Of a stretch of 64,000 nucleotides of DNA, positions 26,150 through 38,669 are shown piece by piece. The notes under the pieces were generated by a model, which was not told the DNA's origin, did no database searches, and saw nothing but the letters and a program-made list of their open reading frames with translations. The stretch is from Lama glama (taxonomy: Eukaryota): NCBI GenBank assembly GCA_028534125.1, contig CM052817.1:88166001-88230000 (forward strand). The letters are read 5' to 3'. The position numbers and the translations under genes were made by a program. Within the stretch, counting starts at the first letter, position 1; the number at the start of each line of letters is the position of its first letter.

Positions 26150-27465
26150 ATTGCCACCTGTCAGCCTTTTGCAAAACAGGTTCTGGTTCCATGACATCAA
26201 TAAATCACAGCTCTCTTGCATGTAACTAAATCCATCAGGAATTTTTCCTTCTTGTACTTCACAAGCTTTCCGCACTTTTGTGTGTTTCTCTTTCTTTAAA
26301 TTGTCATCCCTTGGCTTTCTTGACATCAAACATTCCTAATTTTTTTTCTTTTTCCCCATGAGTTCTTCTCTTTGAAGGCTCATTTTCCTCTTTAGTATAA
26401 TTAAAATATCTACCCAGTCATTCAAACTAGTGGCCCTCGCTTTTATCAGTGATTTCAATTTCACTTGAACAGAGATTGTCTAATGTGTATCTCCAGCCTA
26501 GTCTTCTTTTCTCTTATTTCATATTTATTTTTAGATATTTCAAACTTAACATGTCCATAATTTAAAATAAAACTGTCTTTCCCAAATGTGATTTTACAAC
26601 ATTTCCATCTTTTTCATGAATGTGAACCAACATGTATCCACTTAAGAAACATGTAACTTAGAAATTATGCCTGATGTCTCCCTCTTCTTCAAACCCTATA
26701 TCAAATATTTCTGTCAACTTTACCTCCTAATTATTTCACAGATTGATCCACATCTCCACGTCCCTAGTAGCACATTACTTCCAGTCACTGAAGTATTTCA
26801 CTTTGACCACTGCAGTAGACCTTCATCTGGCCTCCGTAAGTGTACTTCTCCCTCACTCAAATCCATTTTTTTTTAAATACGGTAAACAAAATTCTTTTGC
26901 TCTACAGTGATCATGCCACTCCCTGACTAAAAATGCACAGTCATTTTCATTGCTCTAAGTATATAAAGAGACATTTTATTGTAATTAAGAAGGCCCTCAT
27001 GGTCTTGCTTCTGTTAATCCCTCGAAAGTTGTTTGCCTCAATTGTCCCCTCAGTATCTTCACTGGAGCTATACGCCTACAAAGCTGGTCTCTCTACTCTT
27101 TGCCCAGGCAACTCATATTCATCCTCTTTATTTAACCCAAACATTTCTTACTCCGTGAAAATTTCTTTCATCTCTCTGCCCAGGTAACACCTGCCTATTA
27201 AATGTCCCGAGAGCTCATAGTATGTACCAGTTGTCTTTTTACATATAACTTTACTCATTTACATATAAATATATTTTTGACTGCTATTGCAGCTTCTATT
27301 TTTCTTTCCTTAAAAAAAAAAAAGCACGATGTTGGCTTCCTCCACTGGACTTTAGGTTCCATCTGGACAAGGTCAACATACGTTTCTGCTCATCATTGCA
27401 TTTCTATGCCTACTCTTGTTTTTGACATACACTTGGCACTCAATAGTTTTTAAGCAAAGAAAGAA
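26150..27465 (+). mobile_element. L2 fragment (3' region)
   Basis: cttggctttcttgacatc...tatctccagcctag...caaacttaacatgtcca...gatcatgccactccctg...cttggcactcaatagttt follows the L2 consensus order. Confidence 0.7.
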
Positions 27466-28099
27466 AGATATTGATTGAGACAAAAGATGGTAGCTTGAAT
27501 TACACATTTTTAAGGCTCATATAACCTCTGCTGTTTGTTTTGAGGGATTAAAAATGTTCATTTTTGGCGTACTACTTGGAAGATTGATGTTCTCCTCTAC
27601 TACACCTTCAATCTATCTGGCCTCCCTTGTTCAAACATATATTAGAAGCTCTGAATGTGGGAGGACATTTGAAGTTGTGTGCTTTGTGGAAGTTCTGGCA
27701 AAGAAAACTTTATGAGCTCTTTTTCTTTGAGCTTGGCGTGCTCTTACTAGATGAGTACTATTAAGCCCTAGAGCAAAGCAGTAGATCCTAGACTCATGGA
27801 GAGAAGTTGTACATCAGCCCGTGTCCCTGGTTTCCCTTCATCCCATGAAGTAAAAATAGGAGCTAACGGTGTGGGCTGAGGTATTCCTGAGTATTGAGGC
27901 TGAAGAAATTGGAGTAGTGTAGGTGACAGAGGCTTTCTCCGAATGTATCAGCAGAAGGCTTTTAGCTGATTTCTTATATCCACTGGCTTTTGATGGACAC
28001 ATGACTTCATGTTCAAACATCTATCAGACTGTTGACTCTTAGGGCACTCCAACAACCAAGGGACCCAAAACTGGAATAACAATAACAGAGGGTAAGAAT

Positions 28100-28940
28100 C
28101 AACAGAACAAATGATCAAAGGAATTGAGCTGTTATAAGAAAAAAGACAAACAATACAACAGAGAAGAAATGAAAGCAGTAAAGAAATGTACAGTGAATTG
28201 TAACATCAAAAAGGAGTTTGTAGTTTGCAGCAAAACAAACACAGAACACAAAACAACCTGATTTTCTACTTAAACAGTTCAACAGATACATGGAGGGAAG
28301 TGATGGACGCTGAGGAGACCCAAATTGTTGCCCTTAGAAGATCAACAGAATACAAATTTTAAAGCATAAAACAAGAAAAGAGTGATAGTTCATGAAATAT
28401 CCAAATGAAATAAAATATAAATGACATAATAGGTAGATTCAGAAGATGTCAAGATGTAAAGATTGCATATACGAATGATTGTACTTGAAGAACAAATGCA
28501 TGGAGAACTAGCAAAGAGAGTAAGAAAGTTAGAATAGCACATAACTCAGCAAACTAGAACGTGTAAATGGAAGGTTATCAGGTAGTTCCATATAAGTCTA
28601 GAACAAAAGACACAGATCTCAACAGGTTAATACTCAAAATGAGTAACAACTGATTGTACCCAGGCTCCAACCAATAGGAGCGGATGCCAGTGAAAACTGA
28701 AACTGCTTTACTGGTACACATAAGCCAGACTCAGCCTGGGATTAGAATCATTTTATCAAAAATCCTATCTCTTTCAAGAATCCAGACATAAAGAGTTACT
28801 TATAAGGGCAAAAATATTTACTTTATATCAATTGCTCTATTTATAACAAATATAGAAGAAAGAATTCTAGACTATTGAGGGAAAAGGACTGCAAAAACGA
28901 AAATGTTGACCCAATCAAGGTATTATTCATGTCAGGACAA
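28100..28940 (+). mobile_element. Ancient HAL1/L1ME ORF1-like fragment
   Basis: A-rich, coiled-coil-type degenerate sequence with motifs such as agttacttataagggcaaaa and gagggaaaaggactg...gacccaatcaaggtattattcatgt. Confidence 0.4.
28623..28740. mobile_element. Small hAT-type MITE inserted in the HAL1/L1 fragment
   Basis: caggttaatactcaaaatgagtaacaactg...ccaaccaataggagcggatgcc...tcagcctg has imperfect TIRs (CAGG...CCTG) and a different composition from the flanks. Confidence 0.35.
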
Positions 28941-29339
28941 GTGTTGTTAACCAAATAAGAAAGCTTTTCTTATTGCAGAACCTCCCAATTTCTTTAACAT
29001 GCTATTTTGATTAATAATAATGCAAGTAGCATGTATGATGTATGGCATATTACAAATTTATCTGGCTATAGAAGATATATTTTGAGTAGTATCTTTTAGG
29101 TTAGTGCTTTCAAAAACTGTATGTTGGGAAATGCTAAATTAAACTTTACAACTTTGTTAAAGAAAAATTAGAATGTTGTCATTAGAATTTCTGGATACAT
29201 GAGAAGAGTTTCTGAGGGAAAAAATCCCTGCTTTAAACTCTGTTTATCTGAGTAGGTCACATGAGGGTGTGGGAAAACAATCATAATACCCAGTGGTCAC
29301 TTAGTGAAATGATGTATTATGCTTGGTGATTCAGCAACC

Positions 29340-29720
29340 CAAACCTGGGTAGTCATTCTAGAAAAACTTGACTATAGGTCTCTAAGGGGACATATTACAA
29401 GGGTTTTTTTTTATTATAGCATTAGTTGAATACTAAAGAGTTGCCACAATGTAATATCTATCAGATAATCTCTAGCAAGATGGTAACTGATATCACGGAT
29501 GCTATTGGGTAGTAAAACCCAGCAGTCAAAAGAGTAACCTTAAAGCATACGCAGCAACATGGTTCAAACTTTAAAAATTAAAACAGTACTGAGTAAAAAT
29601 GAAGAGAATAATGTCTAGCACGATGTTGTTTGCTTAATGTAATATGCATACTTCATGTAGTTTTTCAAATATGCATATACATTCAAGGACATTTATTAAC
29701 ATATAATAAGAGTCTATGGG
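29340..29720 (+). mobile_element. Ancient L1ME-like 3' fragment
   Basis: cagcaacccaaacctggg...gcagcaacatggttcaaactttaaaaa...gtactgagtaaaaat. Confidence 0.4.
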
Positions 29721-30899
29721 GGAAAGGAAAAGAGTAGGATTGGTGATCAAGGAAGAGCAAAAAAAAAAAAAATTAGAATAAAACATGTGGAAGGAAAGGA
29801 CAGGAGGAAAGGGAAGAGAGAAAAAGAGGGAAAAGAAAAGAGAAGAAAGCCCTTACGGATACTTCAAAAACTTCACTCTGTAGTTGAGGGTTAAAAAATA
29901 AGTCAATTGTTCTGTTTAATCTTTCTGATATCCTAGGTGTCTGGGATGAAAATGTGTATTTTTTATATTTTTAAAAGTGTGTTCAAATGGTTAGATATGG
30001 CAAGTTATATCATAGAAGAAGAAAAATGGAAAAACAATCTAGAGAAGTTAAGATGAACTTCACAGCCAATAAGACATTTGAGCAGCATATAAAGAATGAG
30101 AAGAGATTCTTGAGGAAAAGTTAGAAAAGTGAGATATTATTTTATTACACCTAGAGAACACTTACAGGAATTCAGAGTGTTATCACTTATTGTCAATTTT
30201 TCAAATTGAAATTTTGACACTAATCAGTCTCAAATTCAAACTTCTGTCTCTATAGAATCCATGCTCTTACCCTCTAAATAAATGTTACACATAATAGAGC
30301 CTTATCCTTAGGTAAATACTGATTTTTTTTAATGTGATTTATATCTGAACGTCCCACAGCACTTTACACATTGTCTTGCTCAGCAAATGCTATATATTTA
30401 ATATATTGTTTGAAATTAATGTAAGTAACAAGATTAGGCACAGAAATAGGTTATCTAGTTTAATATTGTTTAAATCAGATACTACTTACTTTTTTAAAAC
30501 TATTGTTATGCTTCCTTAAATGGAATCTGTTACCTATAGCTATATATTTGAGGGAGGAATCATTTCCATTCATATTTTTACTGCAGTTGTTAATGCTGTT
30601 TAACAAAATTAGTATGAGTAATTATTAGCCCTGCTGTAGATAAAAATATTAATTTTAAAATAAACTTATCAGACTTGTTTCTAGAAACTTGATTTTCAGT
30701 AAGTGAACACTATAATGTTTTTAAATATTATTCAACTTGAATATTTTTTAAAAATTTAGTTCTCTTCCAACTGATCAAAGTTTCTTACTTTAACAAAATT
30801 ACATATAGAATATAGAAGTGTTGGAATTTATAAGTATTATATTTCTAAACCAAGGTATTTGAGCACATCCTCAGTTAGATTAAGGACACAGTGCTAATT

Positions 30900-31300
30900 T
30901 TATGAGGGGAAAAGTGCCACTTGCCAGTAATTGTCAAACCAAGATTGATGAACTCAAATCAATCTCAGCCTGCGAAAAATACGCAAACATTGATAACAGC
31001 AAATTAGGTCAGTTTCTTCATGCAAATGATCTTTGTGTTCATCTCTTAATTAGAAGCACTCAGCAGTGTAACAGTTGTAATTCTTGCGCTGTCAATAACA
31101 AAAGAAAAACTGGAGGATCAATAGATTCCCTGCTTTTTGTTTTACCTGGTTACAGGTCCTCTTTCCTGGCCGCTGGTGTCCACCTGGTAATGTTTCTGCT
31201 AAAGTTCACTAAACTGCAGGCCTCTCAGGAACGTGCTTTAGTCTGATTATTCTTGCACCCTGAAAAATTGACTTTAAAAAGCCCGAATGACAATGTGAGC
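30900..31300. promoter_or_regulatory. Candidate conserved enhancer
   Basis: Non-repetitive, several retained CpGs, octamer ATGCAAAT (31020-31027) with adjacent CTTTGT (31031-31036), inverted AGATTGAT/ATCAATCT pair (30942-30965), two TGTCAA sites. Confidence 0.4.
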
Positions 31301-31348
31301 TCTCTAGCCTATGGATATTTCCCATGGTGGTAACAAAGAGAAAATTGC

Positions 31349-31382
31349 GTTTTTGTTTTTGTTTTTGTTTTTGTTTTTGTTT
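31349..31382. repeat. (GTTTTT)n microsatellite
   Basis: Read directly from the sequence. Confidence 0.95.
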
Positions 31383-34300
31383 AACAACAGTGTCTTTTTC
31401 AAAGGAAAACTTGAGCTTTGATCTTTTTAGGTCCTGTTACTGTTCATAATCAGGGACAGGATGCCATAGATCTGCAGTGTTCTAACTCAGAAATTTCTCT
31501 GAGTAATTTCCGGGCAGTAGTGAAAATCCATGAGAAGCCAATCATTGCATTTTTTTTAAGACATGGAAGACATAAAACCATCTCTATATATTGAGTATTC
31601 TCAGTTTATATCATACACAATACATTCTTGTGATTTTGAATGTAGAAAACTTCTACTGAATTTGACTTAAGAGAATTACACCCCACACTCATTAAATCAT
31701 CCTGTGGGTCTTTGAAAAAGTTCTAAACTTTGACGCATCATAACTAGTAGGCAAATTTTCATTTTAACCATGCATGACATGAAATAAACATGTAAATGGC
31801 AAACAAAAAGCTGCTAATTTGTGTGAGAAGTTAAAATTAAGAAAACAAGAGGATAAAAGCAGTTAGTTCGTGCTACTATGCAGAGAATCCACAATTCACA
31901 TCCTGGGGGAGTGACAAACCAGTCATTTAATGCTATGTCAACACATGTATCTTGTCTTTCATTAGTAAACTCTCCTGCTGGTCTGTGCACTGTCAGAAGC
32001 AGACCTCCTACTGACGTTCATAGAGGTGTGGAAACTGGGATGGTTTAATAATTCTGTTTTGTTTAACTTTCTTCCTTATCCTATTTGAAGCCAATTTTCC
32101 CCTTCGCTTTTAGAACAAGTCCATATTACCTTCACTTAATGAAGTCAGTGCTAAAAATGTTTATGATTCAAGTGACCTACTTTCTTCTTAATTCCTTAGA
32201 GCACTTTGAATATCCTAGCCAATTGAGGGTCACATCTGCTTGTAAATTACCCATGCTTTCTCTGTGCACACAGTCTGCCCACATCATCTGTGAATAAACA
32301 ACCATAAAAAATAAATGGAGAGGAAAGACGACAGCAGCCGTCTCCCTTTCTTTCTGAAAAGTGTTCTATAGAGATGTTGGTTAATGACCTAGGCAAGATT
32401 ATAGATCCAAAGTGGTTTTCACTCCTTCAACCCACTTCTGTCCCTACAAACCGGTTTAACTTAACTCTTAGCCACTTATAAATACTATTGCTCAAAAGCA
32501 GTGGATAAGCAAATAAATATTTAAATAACTACATATGAAATTTATGCAAAACCATCATATGAAAGTCTTTGCGAAGATGACTAGATTAAGAATTTTTACA
32601 CACCATTTCTTCAAATATTTCTTAAGAATAGTCAAGAGTCAGAGAAGACCTGTCCCATTTTCCCATTGTAACTAACAAGGCCATATTTATTTTAAGAAAT
32701 GTTATTTATAAAATTAATTCTTGTAATTATTTTGCAATAATATAAATCATCATGACTTTTATTTTACACTAAGCTACAGAATGCCTAAATGTTTTCAGAA
32801 GGCAATTTCATATTGTAAGTAGCAGTGTCCATGAGTTAAAAATTCAAATGACCACTTCAATCAAATATATTATCCCCATCTAAATTGATAATCCATCTTC
32901 TAATGAAATTAGCTTTATTTAAACTAATTTGTTGCCTTCTTGGAATTATCTCCAAAGTCTGTAATTCTTAAAAGAGAATTTAGATTTTGTTTGTTGGTTA
33001 GTTGATTTTAGAAATGATCAAGTACAAGTGATATAGCTTAGTAAAAGGCTTTCTGGCAAAATCAAGGACTGTCACAATGATTTTAAATGTTTAGGTGCTT
33101 TACAGTCAGACTGGGAGCAAATTCTAAAAGAATATAAAAACTTTTAGAGAATCGCCTGCATTGTGAAATACATATGGAACCATCCACAGTGATTGATTTG
33201 AAATACAGCAGATATTTAAAAACATAAAATTTTGTATATTTGTTTAAAAATAATCTTAAATGTGTTTGGTGTATTTTACATCACAGTATTTTAATTAAGA
33301 AATTTTCAGTATTTCATGCTTACTAGACGGAGTTTTTTGCTTTTTGGAGAGCTACAGGCAACCACCTCATCCCAAATTAAAAAACACAAATAGCTTTAAC
33401 TGAATATCAAGTCCCTAGAAGTAAAATGTTAATTAATGCTTGGCTTTAATATGTTGGGAATTATTTTTTAAAGCCTATTATTCTAAAATAGCAAACATTT
33501 TATAATTTTCTTCTTTTCTACTACTTATTTTTAATTTTTTTTACTTATTTTGAACAAAATATTCATCATAGGATACTAAAGTTTTTGTAAAGATGCTTTA
33601 ATTGATAAAATGTAAAGATATTAAAGAAGAAAACAAATTATTTAAAATATTGAAATTTAAAGAAAGCTATAATTTCAATTAGCTGAAGGGAAAACACTTT
33701 GATACACACTGAATTACACACTTTTAAATGAGAAAACAATTATTTTAAATAATTAACATTTCCTTCATAATATTTGCACCATTAGCTTGTTCAAAGAGAC
33801 TTATGCTTAGTCAGTTTAAAACTGTTACTATTTCTGATTTACTGGAATTTAAGTGCAAGATTTGCGTGATATAAAGTAATCCAGATCTCTAAACAAACTT
33901 ACAAAAAGGAATAGAAAAATGAGAGAAAATACTTCCTACAGTTCAGGAAAGCCCATGATTATAAAAGACTGAGAAATCTTAACCTCAAAAGAAGTTTCTA
34001 AATGTAAGATTTTGTCCAGTGTCTCATATTTCTGTCATGGTTATATATTTATAAATAACTGACTTAAGCTGTAAAGAAATTATGAATACCTCAAACTATT
34101 ATTTCTGAAATGTATTTCATATCATTTCTATCCTTGAGATTATATATTTTTATCAATAATATTTAATGCATGTAGGAATGTTCCTTCTAAAGCACTGCTA
34201 TTTTTGTCACTAGATCTTTAAAAACACAGAATCTGTAAATAATGTATTTTAATAAATTTAAAATCACAGCCTTTTTTCATATTCTTAATTTACAGATTTT

Positions 34301-34649
34301 AAACATACTGTTTGGGAGTTTTTTGTTCATTAGTTTAATTTGTTTTTCTGCTTGTTTTTTTCAGGGAAAGTTTGTGGTTTTGTCTTTTCCTTCTGTCTGA
34401 GATTCTTTAAGTTGATTTTTGATTTCCCATAAAAAGCGTATTGTAGAAGATTGTAATGATTAAGTCTTAAGGTGATTATGTTTCTTCAGCAAGAAGTAGT
34501 ACAACTGTGTGACCGTGCATGTGTGTGTGTTTATTGATTTCATGCCCTAAAAAATTAGGAAGTATCAAATGCCTTAACAAAAAAACTGTCATCAGAAGAT
34601 CTGTCAAAATGCACCCAACAACATTTCTCAGACCACAACTCAATTTTTT

Positions 34650-35150
34650 CACTTAATATATCTGGTTTTGGTTGACTAGAAGATGTCTATAGCAGAGAAT
34701 TAACAAACACTCTAATTTGCTGGGGTCAGCCAGGTCTGCAGCTTTGAGATTGAAAGTCGTCTTAAATTATGCTATCAGCTTTCCAAACCTCATTAGACTT
34801 AACCCATTTAGGCGCCACTGACTTCTCGGAATTACCGATAGAACCCTAATCAGAAAACCGCAGAGCAGCCAGTCTTCTGCTATCAGAAACCTCAGTACAA
34901 TTTTGTGTATTAATATTTCAGAAAGTTTGTAGGAACACATACTCCCCACTGAGCACTACAGCCAGTTCAGACACAGCTCCAGTCAGTCAAGGCGGCCAGA
35001 GCCACTGGCAGCTCCCTGTCTGTCTCTGGGCCTTGGTAATCAGAGAAAGCAAAGACAGAAGAAAATGAAGCGAAGTGAATGCCTTCATTTGATTTATGAT
35101 TAGTAAATTCCTATAAATGGAGACTCAGGTAACCGGTAAATAGAATAGCA
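34650..35150. promoter_or_regulatory. Candidate regulatory element (enhancer or alternative promoter)
   Basis: Local GC/CpG rise in unique AT-rich DNA, with TAATCA x2, TGATTTAT, TATAAAT and a donor-like CAG|GTAACC. Confidence 0.3.
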
Positions 35151-36369
35151 TACAGTTACAGGAAAATGTCAATTTTATTCTGTAATGAAGCCGTAGAATT
35201 TTGAATACAATATTAGTCATTTTTCCAGGAGAAACAATTTTTGAAGCTTTTCTGAGAACATTAGCTCTGTCTAATGTTCTTCAAAATATTTAATCCAATT
35301 TTCACCATGTATTGGTCAAAATAAAGTCTAAAAGATATCCAACAAAGTGGTGCAATTAAAAATGTCTTATAACTCAGAGAAAAAGTCAATTTAGTAATGA
35401 AAACCCACATGGATTTTTAGAACTTTTAGAGATGTAAGCAATGGAGAGAAATATAATTTCCTTGATGATAAACAGTGACCAAAGTTCAATGAAATACAGT
35501 AAAGCTAAATTAAAGAAAATAGAAACAGCAGTAAATGCAACTTTTTAAAAGGCTTGAATAACTAATTTACTATAAATAATAAGCATTGTGTACATAACTG
35601 ATCTATGTGTGTATAAATGGGAAAGATCTCATGATATTTAAATTTACTTCCTATAAAATGACACACATTTACAGTGCCCCTGAGGGAAAATATTTACAGA
35701 AATTCCTAACGAAGTAGGATTTCTTAAATTTAAATTAAAGATTTAAAAATGAAATCACACTAAAACAAAAAAAAGTATGCATTCTAAACTCAAATTTTAA
35801 CACTCAGCATATTTTCTAAAGTGAATGACTAGGGCATTGAAATGGCAGCCAGAATTTGTTCATTTTTCTTTTCTTTTTTTTTTAAACAAATTAGTATGAC
35901 AGGCATGTTTTCCATACTGTATAAATTTGAATATGGCATTTTCCTTGATTTACATAATTAGAAATGGAAAGCATTAAAAACATCTATCACATTATATGAA
36001 TCGTCGTCCTTTGATGCTTGAGTAATATGTATAATTTAGTTGTTTTTAACTGCCTGGCAGCACACAGCCCTGATCAGGTTAGAAGGCCTATTCTAGTTCC
36101 AACTCTGCCATGAACTGTGTGTGTAGCATTAAGTCAGTAAGCTTCTCACCTTTAGTGAATAACTTACATTTGTGATCCCTCGCAATCCTACTATTGTATG
36201 GCTATATCAAAATCTTACATATGTAGGCACATACACATTAATATAAGTATTTCTACTGTCATCCAAATCTTGAGACATAATTCATACAAATCTTCATAGA
36301 TATTTTATTTAAAATTCTATGATTTATATAGGAATATGAATACAACAATCTTTGTCAGTTCTGATTTTA

Positions 36370-37958
36370 CTGTATTATTTTATTTTATTTTACTGTGGTA
36401 AGAACACTGATGGAGATCTATCCTCAGCAAACTTTAAGTGTACAAAACATTATTTTTCACTGTAGGTACAATATTGTACAGCAGATCTCTAGAGCTTAGT
36501 CATCTTAACAGAAATGCTGTGCCTCCTGATTAATAACTCCATTTTGTACTACCTCCCACGCCCTGGTAACCTCTATTCTAGTCACTGATTTTATGAATGT
36601 GACTATTTTAGATGCCTCATATGAGTGGAATGATGCAGTACTTGCTATGTCTGGTTTGTTTCACTGAGTATGATATCCTCCAGGTCCATCCATGCTGTCA
36701 TATGTTGTCCAAAGCTGGATAGTTTTCCACTGTATGTGTACACAACATTTTTTTTCACAACATTTTCTTTATCCATTCACGTGTTGTTCAAGTTGTTTCC
36801 ACATCTTGGCTATTGTGAATAGTGCTGCAATGAACATGAGAGCGCTAACATCTCTTTGAGATTCTGATTTCAATTCTTTTTAATATATACCCAGAAGCAA
36901 AATTGCTGGATTAAATATTCCATTTTTAATTTTTTGAGGAAACTCCATGCTGTCTTTCAAAGTGGCTTTTTTGCATTCCTATCAAGAGTGTGCAAGGGTT
37001 TCAATTTCTCCACATCCTCACCAACAGTTGTTGTCTTTTGTTTTTGTGATAAGAGCCATCCTGACAGGTGTGAGGTGATCTTTCACTATGGTTTTGATTT
37101 GAATTTCCCTGATAATTAGTAATGATGTGTACTTTTAAATATAACTGTTAGAAATTTGTATGTCTTCTCTGGAAAAATGTCTATGCAAGTCCTCAGCCTA
37201 CTTTTAAGTGAGTTACTAGGTTTTTGTCATTGTTGTTATTGAGTTACATGAGTTCCTTTTATATTTTGGATATTAACCCTTTATCAAATATATGGTTTAC
37301 AAAATTTTCTCACATTCCATATTTGCCTTTTCACAATGTTGATTGTTCATTTCATGTATAAGCTTTTAAGTTTGATACAGTCCCATGTGTTGACTTTTAT
37401 TTTTGTTGCCTGTGTTTTAGGTGTCAGATCCAAGAAATCATTGCCAAGACCAATGTCATGAAGCTACCCCTCCCTATGTCTTCTGAGAGTTTTGTAGCTT
37501 CGGGTCCTATATTTAATCCATTTTGAGTTGATTTTTGTGTAAGATAAAGGTCCAATTTCATTCTTCTGAAAGTGGATTTCCAGTATTCACAACACCATTT
37601 GTTGAAGATCAGTTGTCCATAGATGCCTGAATTTACCTCTGGGCTATTTATTCTGTTCTATCGGTTAACATGCCTATCTCTATGCCAGTTACATATTGTT
37701 TAGATTTCTATAGCTTTGTAATATATTTAGAAACCAGGAAGTGTGATGTCTCCATCTTTGTTCTTTTCTCTTAGAACTGAATTGGGCTATTCATAATCTT
37801 TTATGGTTGTAGATAAATTGTAGAACTGTGTTTTCTATTTCTGTAAAAATGTCTGTGGAATTTTGATTGACATTGCACTGATCTATAGATTACTTTGGGT
37901 AGTGTGCACATTTTAACAATAGTTAAATCTTCCAATCCATGGACACATGTATCTTTCA
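36370..37958 (-). mobile_element. L1MA9-like L1: non-inverted 3' part (ORF2 C-terminal half + 3' UTR)
   Basis: T-rich tail, gtggtaagaacact...agatctctagagctt 3' UTR, and antisense ORF2 up to the ...WIGRFN region at ~37940. Confidence 0.9.
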
Positions 37959-38668
37959 CCTCCAAAAAATTGAAGAGGTAGAAACATCTCGAAACTCATT
38001 TTATAAGACCAACATTAACCCTGACACCAAAATCAGACAAAGACACCACAAGAAAACTACAAGCCAATATCCCTGATGAATATAGATACAAAACTCCTCA
38101 AGAAAGTACTAGCAAACCACATACAACAGCACATTGAAAGCATCATACACAATGACTAAGGAGCATTTATGCAAGGATGTTTCACTATTTTAAAAAATTA
38201 ATGTGATAGATCACATCAACAGAATAAAGAATAAAAATCACATGACCTCAATAGACAGAGAAAAAGCATTCAACAACATTAAACACCCTTTCATGATAAA
38301 AACTTTCAACAAATTAGGTACAGAAGGGAAATACTTCAACGTAATAAAGGCCACACATGAAACACTCACAGCTAACATCATATTCAATGGGAAAAAACTG
38401 AAAACACTTTCTCTAAAATCAGGAACAAGGCAAAGATGTCCACTTTCACCACTTCTATTTAACATACTACTGGAATACCTAACCAGGGCATTTAGATAAG
38501 AAGAAATAACAGCATCCAAATTGTAAAGAAAGATGTAAACTCATTTCTGTTCTCAGACAGCATGATGTCATATATGAAAAACCCCAAAGAATCTACAAAA
38601 AAACCATTTAATATTAACAACAAATTTAGTAGAATTACAGGATACAAAATCAACATATAAAATCAGTT
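37959..38668 (+). mobile_element. Inverted 5' part of the same L1 (ORF2 RT domain)
   Basis: Plus-strand ORF2: QKIEE...[12 protein letters not shown]...[11 protein letters not shown]...[18 protein letters not shown]...GYKINI (includes ORF 38203-38499). Confidence 0.9.
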
Positions 38669-38669
38669 A

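Noticed and set aside
30902..31246. 114-aa ORF as a host gene
   Set aside because: No recognisable homology or exon context; better explained as non-coding regulatory DNA.
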